Of a stretch of DNA of 64,000 bases, positions 48,036 through 58,399 are shown piece after piece (position 1 is the first letter of the stretch; every line of letters starts with the position of its first letter). The notes beneath the pieces were generated by a model. The model had not been told where the DNA came from. It did no database searches and saw nothing but the letters and a program-made list of their open reading frames with translations. A program made the translations under genes and the position numbers. The DNA is from Lama guanicoe (Eukaryota), in assembly GCA_013239625.1 (NCBI GenBank), contig MU054831.1, positions 435,457 to 499,456 of the forward strand, in the 5' to 3' direction.

Positions 48036-48175
48036 CTGCTCCACGTGCAGCCCAGCCGCAGGCAGCTTACCCAGGAAGGCGCGCCCCCCGCCCCTGCACG
48101 CCCGTCTTGTCCAGGGTGGCACTGTCCTGCTGCTGACCCTACCTCAGGTCTTCCCCTTGAAGGGCATCTTCCAAA
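48036..48175 (-). pseudogene. ANO7: ANO7 exon ~4 remnant with stop, frameshift and GC donor
   Basis: EDLR*GQQQDSATLDKT (TAG at 48139-48141), 2-nt loss before AFLGKLPAAGLHVEQ, donor gcacgt; 5' boundary not recognisable. Confidence 0.8.
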
Positions 48176-48699
48176 CTTCAGGGCAGGACAACGGAGCCCA
48201 AGAGGGGCAGAGGCATTGCTGGGGGAGGCGTGGTCAGAATTAGGGGCTGCGAAGGGCCCTGGGCTTGAGGGGCGTGGAGGGGCCAGAGCCACAGGCCTGT
48301 GAGGAAACACTGGGCCCTGGCTTGCTTACACACTGAGGCAGCTAAGGGGCTGGTGGACACCAGAGACCCCCTGGAACCGCGGCCAGACAGAAAGGAGGGA
48401 GACTGCTGCGCACCCTGGCTTTCCAGCTGAGGCTCCCGGGCCGTGCCCCAGGAGCACAGTCTGTGCCATAAGAGTAAGAAACGCGCCTTAGGAAGGAGCG
48501 CGGAACTGAAGCAGGCCTGTCCCAGCCCCCAGAACCGAGCTCGAGCAGGCCCAGGCGACCTGCCGGTCACCTGGCTGCCTTTCAGAACAAAACAGCACTG
48601 TATGGGAAGTTCACAGAATGAGCAGAGGCAGACCCAGAGATGAACCATACAGCCAGCAGAAGATGGCTATAAATAATGTCAGTTATTAAGTCAAAAGAG

Positions 48700-50050
48700 G
48701 AAAAGGAGTAAAGAATGGAACAAATGGTCTGAGTAACAATTGGAACATTTCAAGAGAGAATTAGAATTTATGAAAAGGATTCAAACGAACATTCTGAAAC
48801 AGCAGAACACAGCGTATGACATTAAGAACTCGTTGGACAGGTTTCATAATAGACTAGACTCAACAGAAGACAGGGCTGCCAAACTTAAGGCTAGACCAGT
48901 AGGAAAGTGAAGCTCAGAGGAAAAAGAATGGAAAGAGCAGAGCAGGGTGCAAGGCGGTCGCGGTCACGGTCAGAGGGCCAACAGACTGCCCTGAGAACCA
49001 GGAGGGAGAAGGAAGGACGCGACCTGTGAACATGAATGTTTCCAAATGACGGAATAAAGCAATCCAAAGACTCAAAATGCTCAATGACCCCCACACAGGA
49101 TTTAAAAACTGACACGTAGGAAAACCATGGTATAGCGTAGCTTTGCTGTGTTATAGACAAGGCGAGATCTTAAAAACAGCAGGAGAAGCAGCACTAGTTA
49201 CAGCAGCCAAGACATGGAAGCACCTCGACGGTGCCCGTCGACAGATGACCGCATAGAGAAGATGTGGTGTGTTTATACAATGGAGTACCACTCGACCATA
49301 AAAAGAACGAAATCACGCCATTTGCAGCAAGATGGTTGGACCTAGGGATTGTCATTCTAAGTGAAGTAAGTCAGACAGGGAAAGACAAGAAGCATATGAT
49401 ATCACTTACACGTGAAATCTTAGAAAAAGATACAAATTTTATTTACAAACCAGAAATAGTCTAGAGGACATAGAGAACAAACTATGGTTACCAGTGGGGA
49501 GGAGGGGAGGGAAAAATGAGGAGTTTGGGATTAACAGATACACACTACTGTATATAAAATGATAAACAAAAAGGACCTCCTGTACAGCACAGGGAACTAA
49601 ATTCAGTATTTTTCAATAACCTATAATGGGAAAGAATCTGAAAGAAAAAGTGTGTGTATGTACGTATCTGCACAACTGAATCACTTTGCTGTGCACCTGA
49701 AACTATCATTGTACATCAACTACACGTCAATAAAAAATAAAATTGGAAAAAACAGCAGGAGGAAAAAAAAACCACATTATTTTTCAGGGGAACAATAACA
49801 ATATAGGCACAGGCTTTCCCAACTGAAACAGTGGCGGCCAAGACAGTGGACTGACGTCTTTAAAGTGTTGGGGGAAATACTGCAAACTAGAATTCTTTAT
49901 CCAGTGGAAATGCTCTTCAGAAATGAAGGCTAAATGAAGACATTCTCAAACCTTCAAAATCTGAGGGATTTTGTCCCAGCACATCTGCTCTACTGGAAAC
50001 ACTAAAGGAAATTCTTCATGAAAGACATAATTGCAGGTGGAAGTGCAGGT
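48700..50050 (+). mobile_element. Old L1 ORF1 remnant interrupted by a nested L1
   Basis: RILYPVEMLFRNEG*MKTFS resembles the L1 ORF1 C-terminal motif; A-rich. Confidence 0.7.
49186..49747 (+). mobile_element. Nested L1 3' end with 14-bp TSD
   Basis: KKNEITPFAARWLDLGIVILSEVSQ, 3' UTR and aataaa; TSD aaaaacagcaggag at 49172-49185 and 49748-49761; tt/aaaaa target site. Confidence 0.88.
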
Positions 50051-50109
50051 GTGCAAGGATGGATGCACAGACCACGAAGGACGAATACACAGTGAGTGGA
50101 AAGGACAAC

Positions 50110-50390
50110 TATGTGAGTTCATTGCTGCATTAATCACAATAGTCAAAAAAAGGAAACAACCCAAATGCCCATCATAAACCCAGAAGTGGAATTGCTGGAT
50201 CACACGTGGCAGCTCTGGGCTTAACTTTGGGGGACCCACCGTGCTGTCCTCCGCGGCAGCCGCACCAACCCGCGTTCCTGCCAGCAATGCACGAGGGGCC
50301 CGATTTTTCTGCATCTTCACCAGCACCTCTTTTCTGTTTTGTTTTTGTAGCTGTTGTGGTTGTTTAAAGAACAACCATCCTGGTGGGTTC
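50110..50390. mobile_element. Juxtaposed + and - strand L1 ORF2 fragments
   Basis: ttcattgctgcatt...ggaaacaacccaaatgcccatca (+) joined to cccagaagtggaattgctggatca (-). Confidence 0.65.
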
Positions 50391-50789
50391 GAGCTTGGGG
50401 TGTTTACTTCTCACATGGGTCTTCCTGGTGCTGCGTGGGGAGTGGCATTGGCCAGGGGGAGCACAGGTGGGCGCGGCTGCAGGCCCCTGGGGAGATGTCG
50501 GTGGCTTGGGGCAGACGGGGCAGTGGGCTGGGGAGTGAGGAGGTGGGCCGCTCTGTCTGTGGGGAACCCCTTCCTGTGTCTCCCGGGCGTGTCCTGCCCA
50601 CCCCATCCTCCAGCACAGCAGCTGGTGCTGGCGCTGGCTCAAGAGGTGCCGTTGGGTGAGGAAGGGGAGGCCTGGTCACTGAGGACGGTGACCTGGGCCA
50701 CTGTCCTCCTGCCACCCGTGGGCGCCCCACCTGTGTCCCCACCCCCAGCACCAACGTGGGCACAGCTGGCAGATACTGGGAGGGGTCAC

Positions 50790-50847
50790 TGATCCAGGGC
50801 TTGGCAGGGCTTCCCACCTTGTGGGCGGCCACCTGGTGTCCACCTGG
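50790..50847 (-). pseudogene. ANO7: ANO7 exon ~3 remnant
   Basis: cag|PGGHQVAAHKVGSPAKPWI+A|gtgacc, similar to human PGGQQAAACRAGSPAKPRI. Confidence 0.8.
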
Positions 50848-51653
50848 CTGGAAGGAAGGGACAAGGAGTGGTGGCGTCTGGCCACATGGGCAGACACGCT
50901 TGGGGGAGGGCCAGCTGGGCCCTCTCCAGCTGCTCCAGGGGCTGCCACGGCCGCCGAGCGCCCCGCCTGGGCTGTGGGCCGGGCTAGGTCTGAAGGCAGC
51001 CTGGGCAGGACCCAGGGGTGCCCACTGTGCAGCCTCCAGAGTCTGGAGAAGAGCTGGACGGCCCCTCAGTGCCTGCGGACAGGCCAGAGGTGGTCACAGC
51101 CCTGGAAGTGGAACCCTTCGGTTTCTAGACGTTCCAGGTGAGTGAGGCCTGTTTCTCTGAGGCTCAGAGCACCTGTGTTGTGGGGGGCAGGGAGGGGGGC
51201 ACCTTCCACTCTCAGGCCATGGGGGGTGGGCAGCACCCTGGAGGCAGAGGGGGGCCCAGGAAGACCAGGCAAGAGGACACTCCGCAGCAGGGCCTCTGGG
51301 GTCTGGGGCCCAGCATCTCCCCCAGCAGCCTCCGCTAGGGTGTCTGTGGACCCCAGGGATTGGGGGGAGCCCCTAGAGATGGACTTGGGGAAAGAAGGCC
51401 CACAGCAGGTGGGGACTTTTCTGCAGGCCCCAGGAGGTGTGTCCTCCTCTGGGTTTGACCCTGGGGACAAGGCTGACTGGGGGAGAGCCTGAGGCACGGA
51501 CAGAGGCCTTCAGGATCCTTGGGGCCGCACAGTGGCTGCCCTGGGCCCTGGGGATCTGCTGGAGCCTGAGACAAGGTTGGGCCTAGTGCCCTCACCCCAG
51601 CGCTTTTAAAAAGGCATCTGGGCCCCAGGGTGACCCGAATCCCCATGCCATCA

Positions 51654-51791
51654 CTAACCTGGACCCTGACTCTTACGTTGGCCTAAACCTACCCCATCAT
51701 AACCTCACCCTTCCATAGCGCTGACCCTCACCCTCTCTAGCCCGTCTACAATTAACCCGCACCCGCACCCTGACCCCGACCCTGACCCTGA
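51654..51791. repeat. Degenerate telomere-variant hexamer array
   Basis: CCCGCA CCCGCA CCCTGA CCCCGA CCCTGA CCCTGA, preceded by decayed CCCTAA-like units. Confidence 0.6.
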
Positions 51792-52366
51792 TGCGTGCAT
51801 CTGCCCCGGGATCGGGCCCTCCCCATCACCTGTGTGCTGACGACCTGGCAGGCAGCAGAGAAGCAGACGCAGCCAGTGCCCGCTCTCCACCCAGACCTGA
51901 CTCCAGTCCTCTCTGCTGTGCTCGCTCAACCCCAGAGGGTGCAGCCCGCGTCCCTGCTCCTCCCCGGGCCCACCTGCTGCCCCTGGGCCCTTTCAACCCT
52001 CAGAACAGGTAGTCGTGTTGTAAGAATTACGGTTTCAACACACGTTGCACTGATCCATTGCTCTGCAGCCCCTTGCGTCTCCCCTTGCTGGTGGCTCACT
52101 GGCCTCCCTGGAGCGGCCTCATCTGGCCTGTCCCGGGGATCTCTGCTCATCCCGCAGGGTGGTGGCCCGACAGTGAGGGTGAAGGACATCCCCTCTCCCA
52201 TCGCTGGGGCAGCTGAGGGTTTGGGGGTTGCTGAGGAGCAGGAGGGAAGACCCGGTGGGTGTTGCAGGGGCCGCTGTCCCCAGGTCCCTGTGTCCCCTTC
52301 ATACACCTACAGCAGACTGAGCCTGGGCTGGGCAGCAGGGCGGGGGGCCGGGCAGCGGGTAGCTGC

Positions 52367-52476
52367 CTCTGCGGCTGGCTATGCTCCCGTAGGAGTCCCC
52401 CTTCTCTGGCCCGGGGACCACGCTGGTCAGGACAGCACCGCCCTCTTCCGGGACCTGTCTGCGCAGCATCCTGCTC
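52367..52476 (-). pseudogene. ANO7: ANO7 exon ~2 remnant (ATG at 52469)
   Basis: cag|GAGCAGG ATG: MLRRQVPEEGGAVLTSVVPGPEKGDSYGSIA, similar to human MLRRRAQEEDSTVLID...GSYGSTA; donor appears to be GAG|gcagct, 3' boundary uncertain. Confidence 0.75.
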
Positions 52477-55351
52477 CTGTGCCCCTGCAGGGCCCCTAGC
52501 GAGCCCACTTCAGAGCGGACAGGGCTTGGAGTAGGCCCAGGTCTGACCTAGGAGCACTGGAACCCCCCGGGTCCGGCCCTGGCTCCAGACCAGGTAAAGG
52601 AAGGAGCACTTGGGAGGCCGGCCCAGCACCACCCAGGGAGTGCCCACCTGCCCCTCAGCCCTGCATGGGGTGGCAGGGCCTGCAGAGGCCCAGAGGGTGG
52701 GCCCAGAGTGCAGACCCCTCTCCCCTCTGCTGGCTTGCAGGGGCACCGACAACCCTTTAACAGGTAGAGATGGGGCCTGGGCCCCTCCTGGGGGTCCTGG
52801 GCCCGGGGGGAGGATGGCCGGCCGTGCGGGCCCAGTGTCCTTCCCACTGGCAGGGAATCTGGGAGCAGGCGGGAGAGGCGCCTGGCACGGCCGGCCGGTG
52901 AGGGCTCTCCAGCGCCTGGAACAGGATCCGTCTTTGTTGGAGAAGGGAGCGTGGGCTCTGCAGAGACAGCCCGCGCTCCTAGAGCCTTCACACAGTCCAC
53001 AGACGCCACCCCCCACCCCTGGGAGGGACACGGCTCGTGTCTCTCCCCTTATTTGCCCAGAGGTCTCGGCCCAGCAGCTGTCGGAGCTGCAGCTGCAGAG
53101 GGTTAGGGAGACATGGGGTTTGGCAGGGACGGCCAAGGTGTGGGCTGGGGTCACCCTCACCCGGGGGTGTGCTGGGTCTGGGGACATCGGGGACCCGGGG
53201 TGAGAGCCAGCTCTGCTGCTTCCTGGGTGTGACCTCAACCTTATCAGCCACCTGTGAAGGGGGAGCGGCCCTGCCCACCGTGGGGAGGAGGGGGTCCCAG
53301 CCCTCCTTGTTCCCCTTGGCCACTCGCCACGCCCAGCCCACTCCCCTGGTGCCCTCTGCTGCCTGTTGAGTTCCGGAGTCAGACCCTCGTCCTGGCTGGA
53401 GCCCCTGACCCCCATACCCTTCCCGGGGAGCCCTGTCAGCGGGACACGTGTGGCCTGGGGGCGCCTGCACTGAGGACTCTGGGGCCAAACCCTCCGCACA
53501 CAGACCCTGGGCTGCGCTCTGTGTGAGGACTAACAGAGACCAGGGGCGGGGCAGGAGGCACCCCACGGGGCCTGTGTGGAGGAAGGCTTGGCCCCACTGC
53601 GCGGGACCGTCCCTGGAAGAGGCCGGGTCTCGGGGTGCCAGGCGGCCTGCCCAGGAGAGGCAGTGACAGCGGCTGCTAGAGGCCACCGCCGAGCCCAGCT
53701 GGAGCCCTTGGAGGGGACAGGCACAGAGAGTGCTTCAAGAGCTGCTCAGCCCTGGGTTTAACTTTCACTTTACTGCATACAACGTCTTAGGTTTGACGTC
53801 TTCTCAAGGTGCATTACTTTCACGGTTGAAGAAATTAAGCGAGCCACGAGCCGCACAGGTGTGCTGGGACACAGGTGCCAGCCGCTCACCGCCCGCTGCC
53901 ATCCCGTCTGCTTGCCTCTTGGAGTCCCCAGCTTCTGCCCGGTGGGGGCAGCATGTCTGCACGCCTGTCCCCTGCCCTGCCCCTCCTAGGGGACCCCTCT
54001 CTGTGGCTTGCCTGCAGCTCAGCCTAGTGGCTACTCTTCTGCCAGGAGAGGCCCCCCGTTCCCCCCAGGGTCCCGTCCTCCTCTGTGTCCCTGCCTGGAG
54101 CCCTCCCCGCCCCCCAGTCTTCCTGCCAAGGGCCCCAAGCCCACAGCTTGGGGTTTTCAGGCCTTCTCTCTGCTGCCCCTTCCCAGGTGCCCCTCGCCCC
54201 CAGCCCTGAGTACTGGACCCTCTCTGGGGCCACCCCACTGCTGAGACTCCAAAACGCCCGCTTTCTCCCATAGCACGGAGCCCGTTCTGACCGCACACTT
54301 GTCCTGTTAGTGTTTAACCTACACCCCACTGTGCCCGAGGTCTGCAGGGCAGGGCTTCTGGGTCTGTGTGTAGCCAAGTGCCCGACAGAGGGACGAGCAC
54401 AGACCGGGCGCAGGTGCTGGGTGACTGAAGGGGCGGACTCCCCCACGTTGCCGACCTGCCCCCCATGCCCGCCTCCTGAGCTGACCGACGGTCTCCCCAT
54501 CCTGGCGCCACACGTCCGAGCACACGGGACGGCCCCACACAGGCCAGGAGGCCTCTGGCTTCTCTGAGTGCTGGATTCTCCTCTCCTGTGATTTGCAGGC
54601 GCCCCTTCTTCCCTTGCAGGCGTTAGGCCTCTTGTCGGTGGTAAACCTGAAATAGCGCCTAACCTGCCGCCTGTGGTCTGTTCGTGGTGTTCTTTGTTCT
54701 GCACGGAGTTTCACTTTATGCCAACCAACCCATCAAAATCTTATCTGAAGGCCGTGTTCTGGGGCTTAAGAAGCTCTTCTGCACTCTCAGTTCACAGGTA
54801 TGTTTTCCCCCCTTTCTCCTACAGGTCTTCGATTTTACTGTCACACGGAGACTCTGTTGTCAGGTCAGCCTGTACGACGTGAGGCAGGGTCAGTGTCCCT
54901 CTCCCGGCCTGTGCGGCGGCACCCAGCCTGGCTGGGGACAGGCCGCGGCTCCCCGGCCCTGTGGCCGCCCCGGCTCTCTCCACGCTGTTTCCGCTGGGGG
55001 TCTGTAGCTTTGGGAGCCTGGCAGGAGATTGCTTCTCCACTCGTTTTCAAAGTTGATGGAACTTTTACGTTTCACAGTTCAATGTGGATCTTTTTTCTTC
55101 AGAGTTTAATGAGTTTCTCGGAAAATGGCATTTTGATTAGGATTTTGCACACATTTTCCCACCCCTTGCACATTTTTTGGTGTAATTTAAAAACTGTCTA
55201 TTCAAGAGCACATGCTGGATTGTGACCTGTGGCGCCCACTTCTGTCTCCTCGAGCCTTTCTCTCTAGTGCCCCCTCTTTGCTTGCGGCTTTGGGTTTTTT
55301 CCCTACTTGTGAATTGGATGTTTCATAACTTATTTGTTGCTAGTAGTTGCT

Positions 55352-55459
55352 TTTCTTGGAGTTGGGGGAAATTAGGTTTACTTGTTTATTTTAGTGGCGG
55401 TGCTGAGGACTGAACCCAAGGCATCTTGCATGGCTTGTCCACTGAGCTATGCCCTCCCC
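55352..55459 (-). mobile_element. tRNA-derived SINE (Vic-1-like), internally deleted
   Basis: Reverse complement ggggagggcatagctcagtgg...gggttcagtcctcagcacc...aaataaacaagtaaacctaatt; degraded TSD. Confidence 0.75.
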
Positions 55460-55553
55460 CTGTCAGTGGTTGCTTTAAACTTGTATTTTCCTACAAACTC
55501 TATATGCTATTACTTCTTTCTTTTATACCACAGTTAAAACTTGCAGAATCTTC

Positions 55554-55640
55554 GGGGTGGTGGTAGAGCTCAGTGGCAGAGTGCATGCTTAGCACGCATG
55601 AGGTCCTGGGTTCAACCTCCAGAGCATCCACTGAAAAAAC
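55554..55640 (+). mobile_element. tRNA-derived SINE (Vic-1-like)
   Basis: ggggtggtggtagagctcagtggcagagtgcatgcttagcacgcatgaggtcctgggttcaacc with A and B boxes; TSD aaacttgcagaatcttc / aaacttgcacagtccttc. Confidence 0.85.
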
Positions 55641-57048
55641 AAACTTGCACAGTCCTTCCCTCTACTTGCCACTGTCTTACCTCTGGGTTCACAAAAACAG
55701 TAACCTGGCGGCTCAGACCCGTTTTGTGGGGGCACATTCTGTATCGTCAGGAACTCTGTCCCACATTTGCAAAGAGCTCGACAGTCAAGTACATTCTTTT
55801 AAACTGAAGTTCTGCTGGCTTTTGTGCTGCTACTGAAACACCCTCCCTTCCCAGTTCTTATCTGGATTCATCTCTTGTTTGGGTGGACTCCTCCAAATAA
55901 CTTTTTCACCACAGGCACTCAAATCCTGAATCCCTGTGCACCTGAAAATGTCCTCCTCTTGTCCTCAGACAGCAGGTGTCCGAGGGTGGAATTCTAGGCT
56001 CCTGATCTAAAGGCTCTTTCCAGGCCACCCCAACCTGACCCTCTTCCCTTTCATAGGCAGATGCTCATAATTCAAGTCGCAAAATTAATTCTGTTGAAGA
56101 TCCGAGTCAGAAGTTGGCTGTGACCTAACCAGCCCTCAGGCTGGCCGTTGCGTCCGCAGCTTCCCTGGCAGATGGGCGCCCCGGCCGTGGAGCAGCTGCC
56201 CAGGGCCTGCCACAGGGTCCAGTGCAGCACTGACCAGCAGGACTGTCTGTGGGGATGGACGTGGGCTGCCCCTGGCGAGGTGTGGCTACCACTGTGGCAA
56301 GTGCAGCTGAGAAACTGAATTTTTAATTTCACTGTAAAGACTTTACTTTGAACTGATGCAGCCACAGGCAGCCTGGGGGGATCCTGGGCTGGACTCGAGT
56401 GTCTTGGAAGCAGGAGGGACCTTGGGGTCCTGTGATTCGGTCCTCATTCTGCAGAAGAGAAAATCTGAGACCCTAGGAGATGACAAAGTCCTGGTCACAT
56501 TCAGGGTGGCTGTCCATGTAAGTGTATAAAGAACAAGCCACTACGATGATGGGGTAAGACGGAAAGGTGACATTAAAGTGGTCCAGAGGGTGGCTCTGGA
56601 GAAGCCCGTGAAGGGAGACGCAGGTGGGTCGCGCACAGTGCAGGCGAGTGTGGGAGGTGTCTCAACTGCACGGGGACACTAACCCCGAGGACTGCAGGGG
56701 CACTGGGTGGCCCCGCTCTTCAGGACAGTGCCAGGGGCACAGCTGTATTCACCTGAGGCTTTGTTTTTTAAAGTATGAAATTTCAAACCCTGTGGCACCA
56801 GCTGGCGCATTTTAGACTGGAAAGCTCTCGGCTGACAGGCCCTGGGCCCCCAAGCATTCCCGGGCAGCATGCTCCCAGCCCCGCCGTCTCACCCTTCCCA
56901 GCGGGGTTGTGAGAGGAGGAGACAGCACTGGGTGGGGAGCATCGATGTGTGGCTCCAGGGTGAGGATGGCTAACCAGGGGCGCGGGGATGCAGGCAGTAC
57001 CGGCGTCCAGGTGAGCGGCACCACACAGGCAGTTTTCACTCAGTGCCT

Positions 57049-57054
57049 TTTATT
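57049..57054 (-). terminator. PPP1R7: PPP1R7 poly(A) signal
   Basis: AATAAA on the - strand ~115 nt after TGA, with downstream GU-rich ctgtgtggtg. Confidence 0.8.
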
Positions 57055-57168
57055 GCCATTGGGTTTGTGGCTGCTGATACAGTGACGACCTCAGGGGCAG
57101 CAGCTGGATTAAAAAACCGTGGCTGGAGGTTCTTCTGACAAGAGCGGGTGGGGGCGGGGGGGTGAGGT

Positions 57169-57345
57169 TCAGAACCTGACGAAGGTGGCGTCGATCTGCC
57201 GCACGGTGGGGAGGGCCAGCATGACCTTCCGCCGGTACTGGGGGTCCCTCTGCAGGGGGTTCCGCTCCAGGTACACCGTCTCCAGGTTCCTGGCGCCCTT
57301 CAGCTCGTCCAGATCGCTCCAGCTCTCCAGGAGGTTGTCGTTCAT
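57169..57345 (-). CDS. PPP1R7: Protein phosphatase 1 regulatory subunit 7 (Sds22), last coding exon
   Basis: cag|MNDNLLESWSDLDELKGARNLETVYLERNPLQRDPQYRRKVMLALPTVRQIDATFVRF*; final LRR and LRRcap; upstream exons lie outside the window. Confidence 0.95.
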   Translation of the reverse strand: MNDNLLESWSDLDELKGARNLETVYLERNPLQRDPQYRRKVMLALPTVRQIDATFVRF

Positions 57346-58399
57346 CTGGGGGGACACATGTGCACATGTGTGAGGAGAGCCTTCAGAACACACAGCCCTG
57401 AGCCCCCGACCTGGCCCCTCTGGGGCCTCTTATCACCCTGGGAATGTCCTGGCCACCCTAACCCGGCCGTCACCCCGCAGGGCAGTTCTAGGTTCAGAGC
57501 AGCAGAGAGAAGAGGCTGATACCATCCCAGCCCCACCCGGCTTCCCAGCAAAGTGTTAAAGCAGGTTCGACTGAACTTCCTACACACCAGCTCCTAGTCC
57601 TGGTTCCCAAGGCAGGCTCTGTGCTCTGATTACAACACGGTCAGCAGACCAGAGGACAGGCGGCCCAGTGCTCACGGCTCTGCCCCGAGTGGCCCCTCTC
57701 TGGGCTTGCTCCACCAGGACACCTGCTGCCCATTTCTGTGTGCAGAGCATCTTCGATGGCTGAGTTCAGAACATGCATGGTCAGGACGGGCTCAGGGCAG
57801 GGCATATGTCCCTATCCCAGCTCTGCCAAGGCCCACCAGGGCACCCGCCACGGCCATGAAGAGCCTTCTGGCCTTCAGACCACCGTCCAGACTAGGGCAA
57901 GGGCCCTGGTCAGAGCGCCCGTCATGGCATCTGCACCCACGCTCGGGCCACTCCTTCGAGGGGATCCTCCTGCCTCTTAGCTGGGGACTCTGGGTGACGG
58001 CTGCCTTGGTTTCTTTCAGTTTCCAAAGCAACGGCAGAGGGACAAGTGAACAGACAGGACGGCCTCTGGACGCGGGAGAGGTGGGGAGGGGCTCGGCGGT
58101 GCATGGGAGGTGGGGTGGGGGGGTCACCCTGGGCTCCAGGCTCCCAGAAAAGCCGAGACGCCTGCCGGCTTGTGTGGCTGACCCCGTGCCACATGGCGCT
58201 GTGGGCGCGGTGTGGGGCAGAGAGGGGGCAGCGTGGGCTCCCGCATCACTGCTGTGGAGGGCGGGGTGCTGGCCTGAACCCCCACCCGGCTCTGCTCTAG
58301 GAATCATCCTGTAGGAGATGCCAGGCTCCAGCTCCACCCGGAGAAGATCTGACGGGAGCGGTCCACATTGGGGGCTGTGTGGGGGCCCGATCGCTGGAC

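Larger units (their letters stand above)
28487..52476 (-). pseudogene. ANO7: Anoctamin-7 (TMEM16G/NGEP) unitary pseudogene, 24 exon remnants
   Basis: Colinear exons with ANO7 peptides, lying between PPP1R7 and HDLBP as in human; in-frame TAG, multiple frameshifts, broken donors and in-frame deletions. Confidence 0.9.

Noticed and set aside
28487-52476. Intact ANO7 obscured by sequencing errors
   Set aside because: Lesions include multi-base deletions, tandem duplications, a nonsense codon and donor changes, while HDLBP and PPP1R7 exons are lesion-free.
52510-53686. Long - strand ORFs upstream of ANO7 exon ~2
   Set aside because: No similarity to ANO7 or other proteins; chance ORFs.
53560-53770. 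Possible ANO7 first exon or promoter
   Set aside because: Only short, patchy resemblance to recalled human exon 1; boundaries cannot be supported without an alignment.
55554-55630. tRNA-Ala gene
   Set aside because: Has an A-rich tail, TSDs and an imperfect acceptor stem, so it is a SINE.
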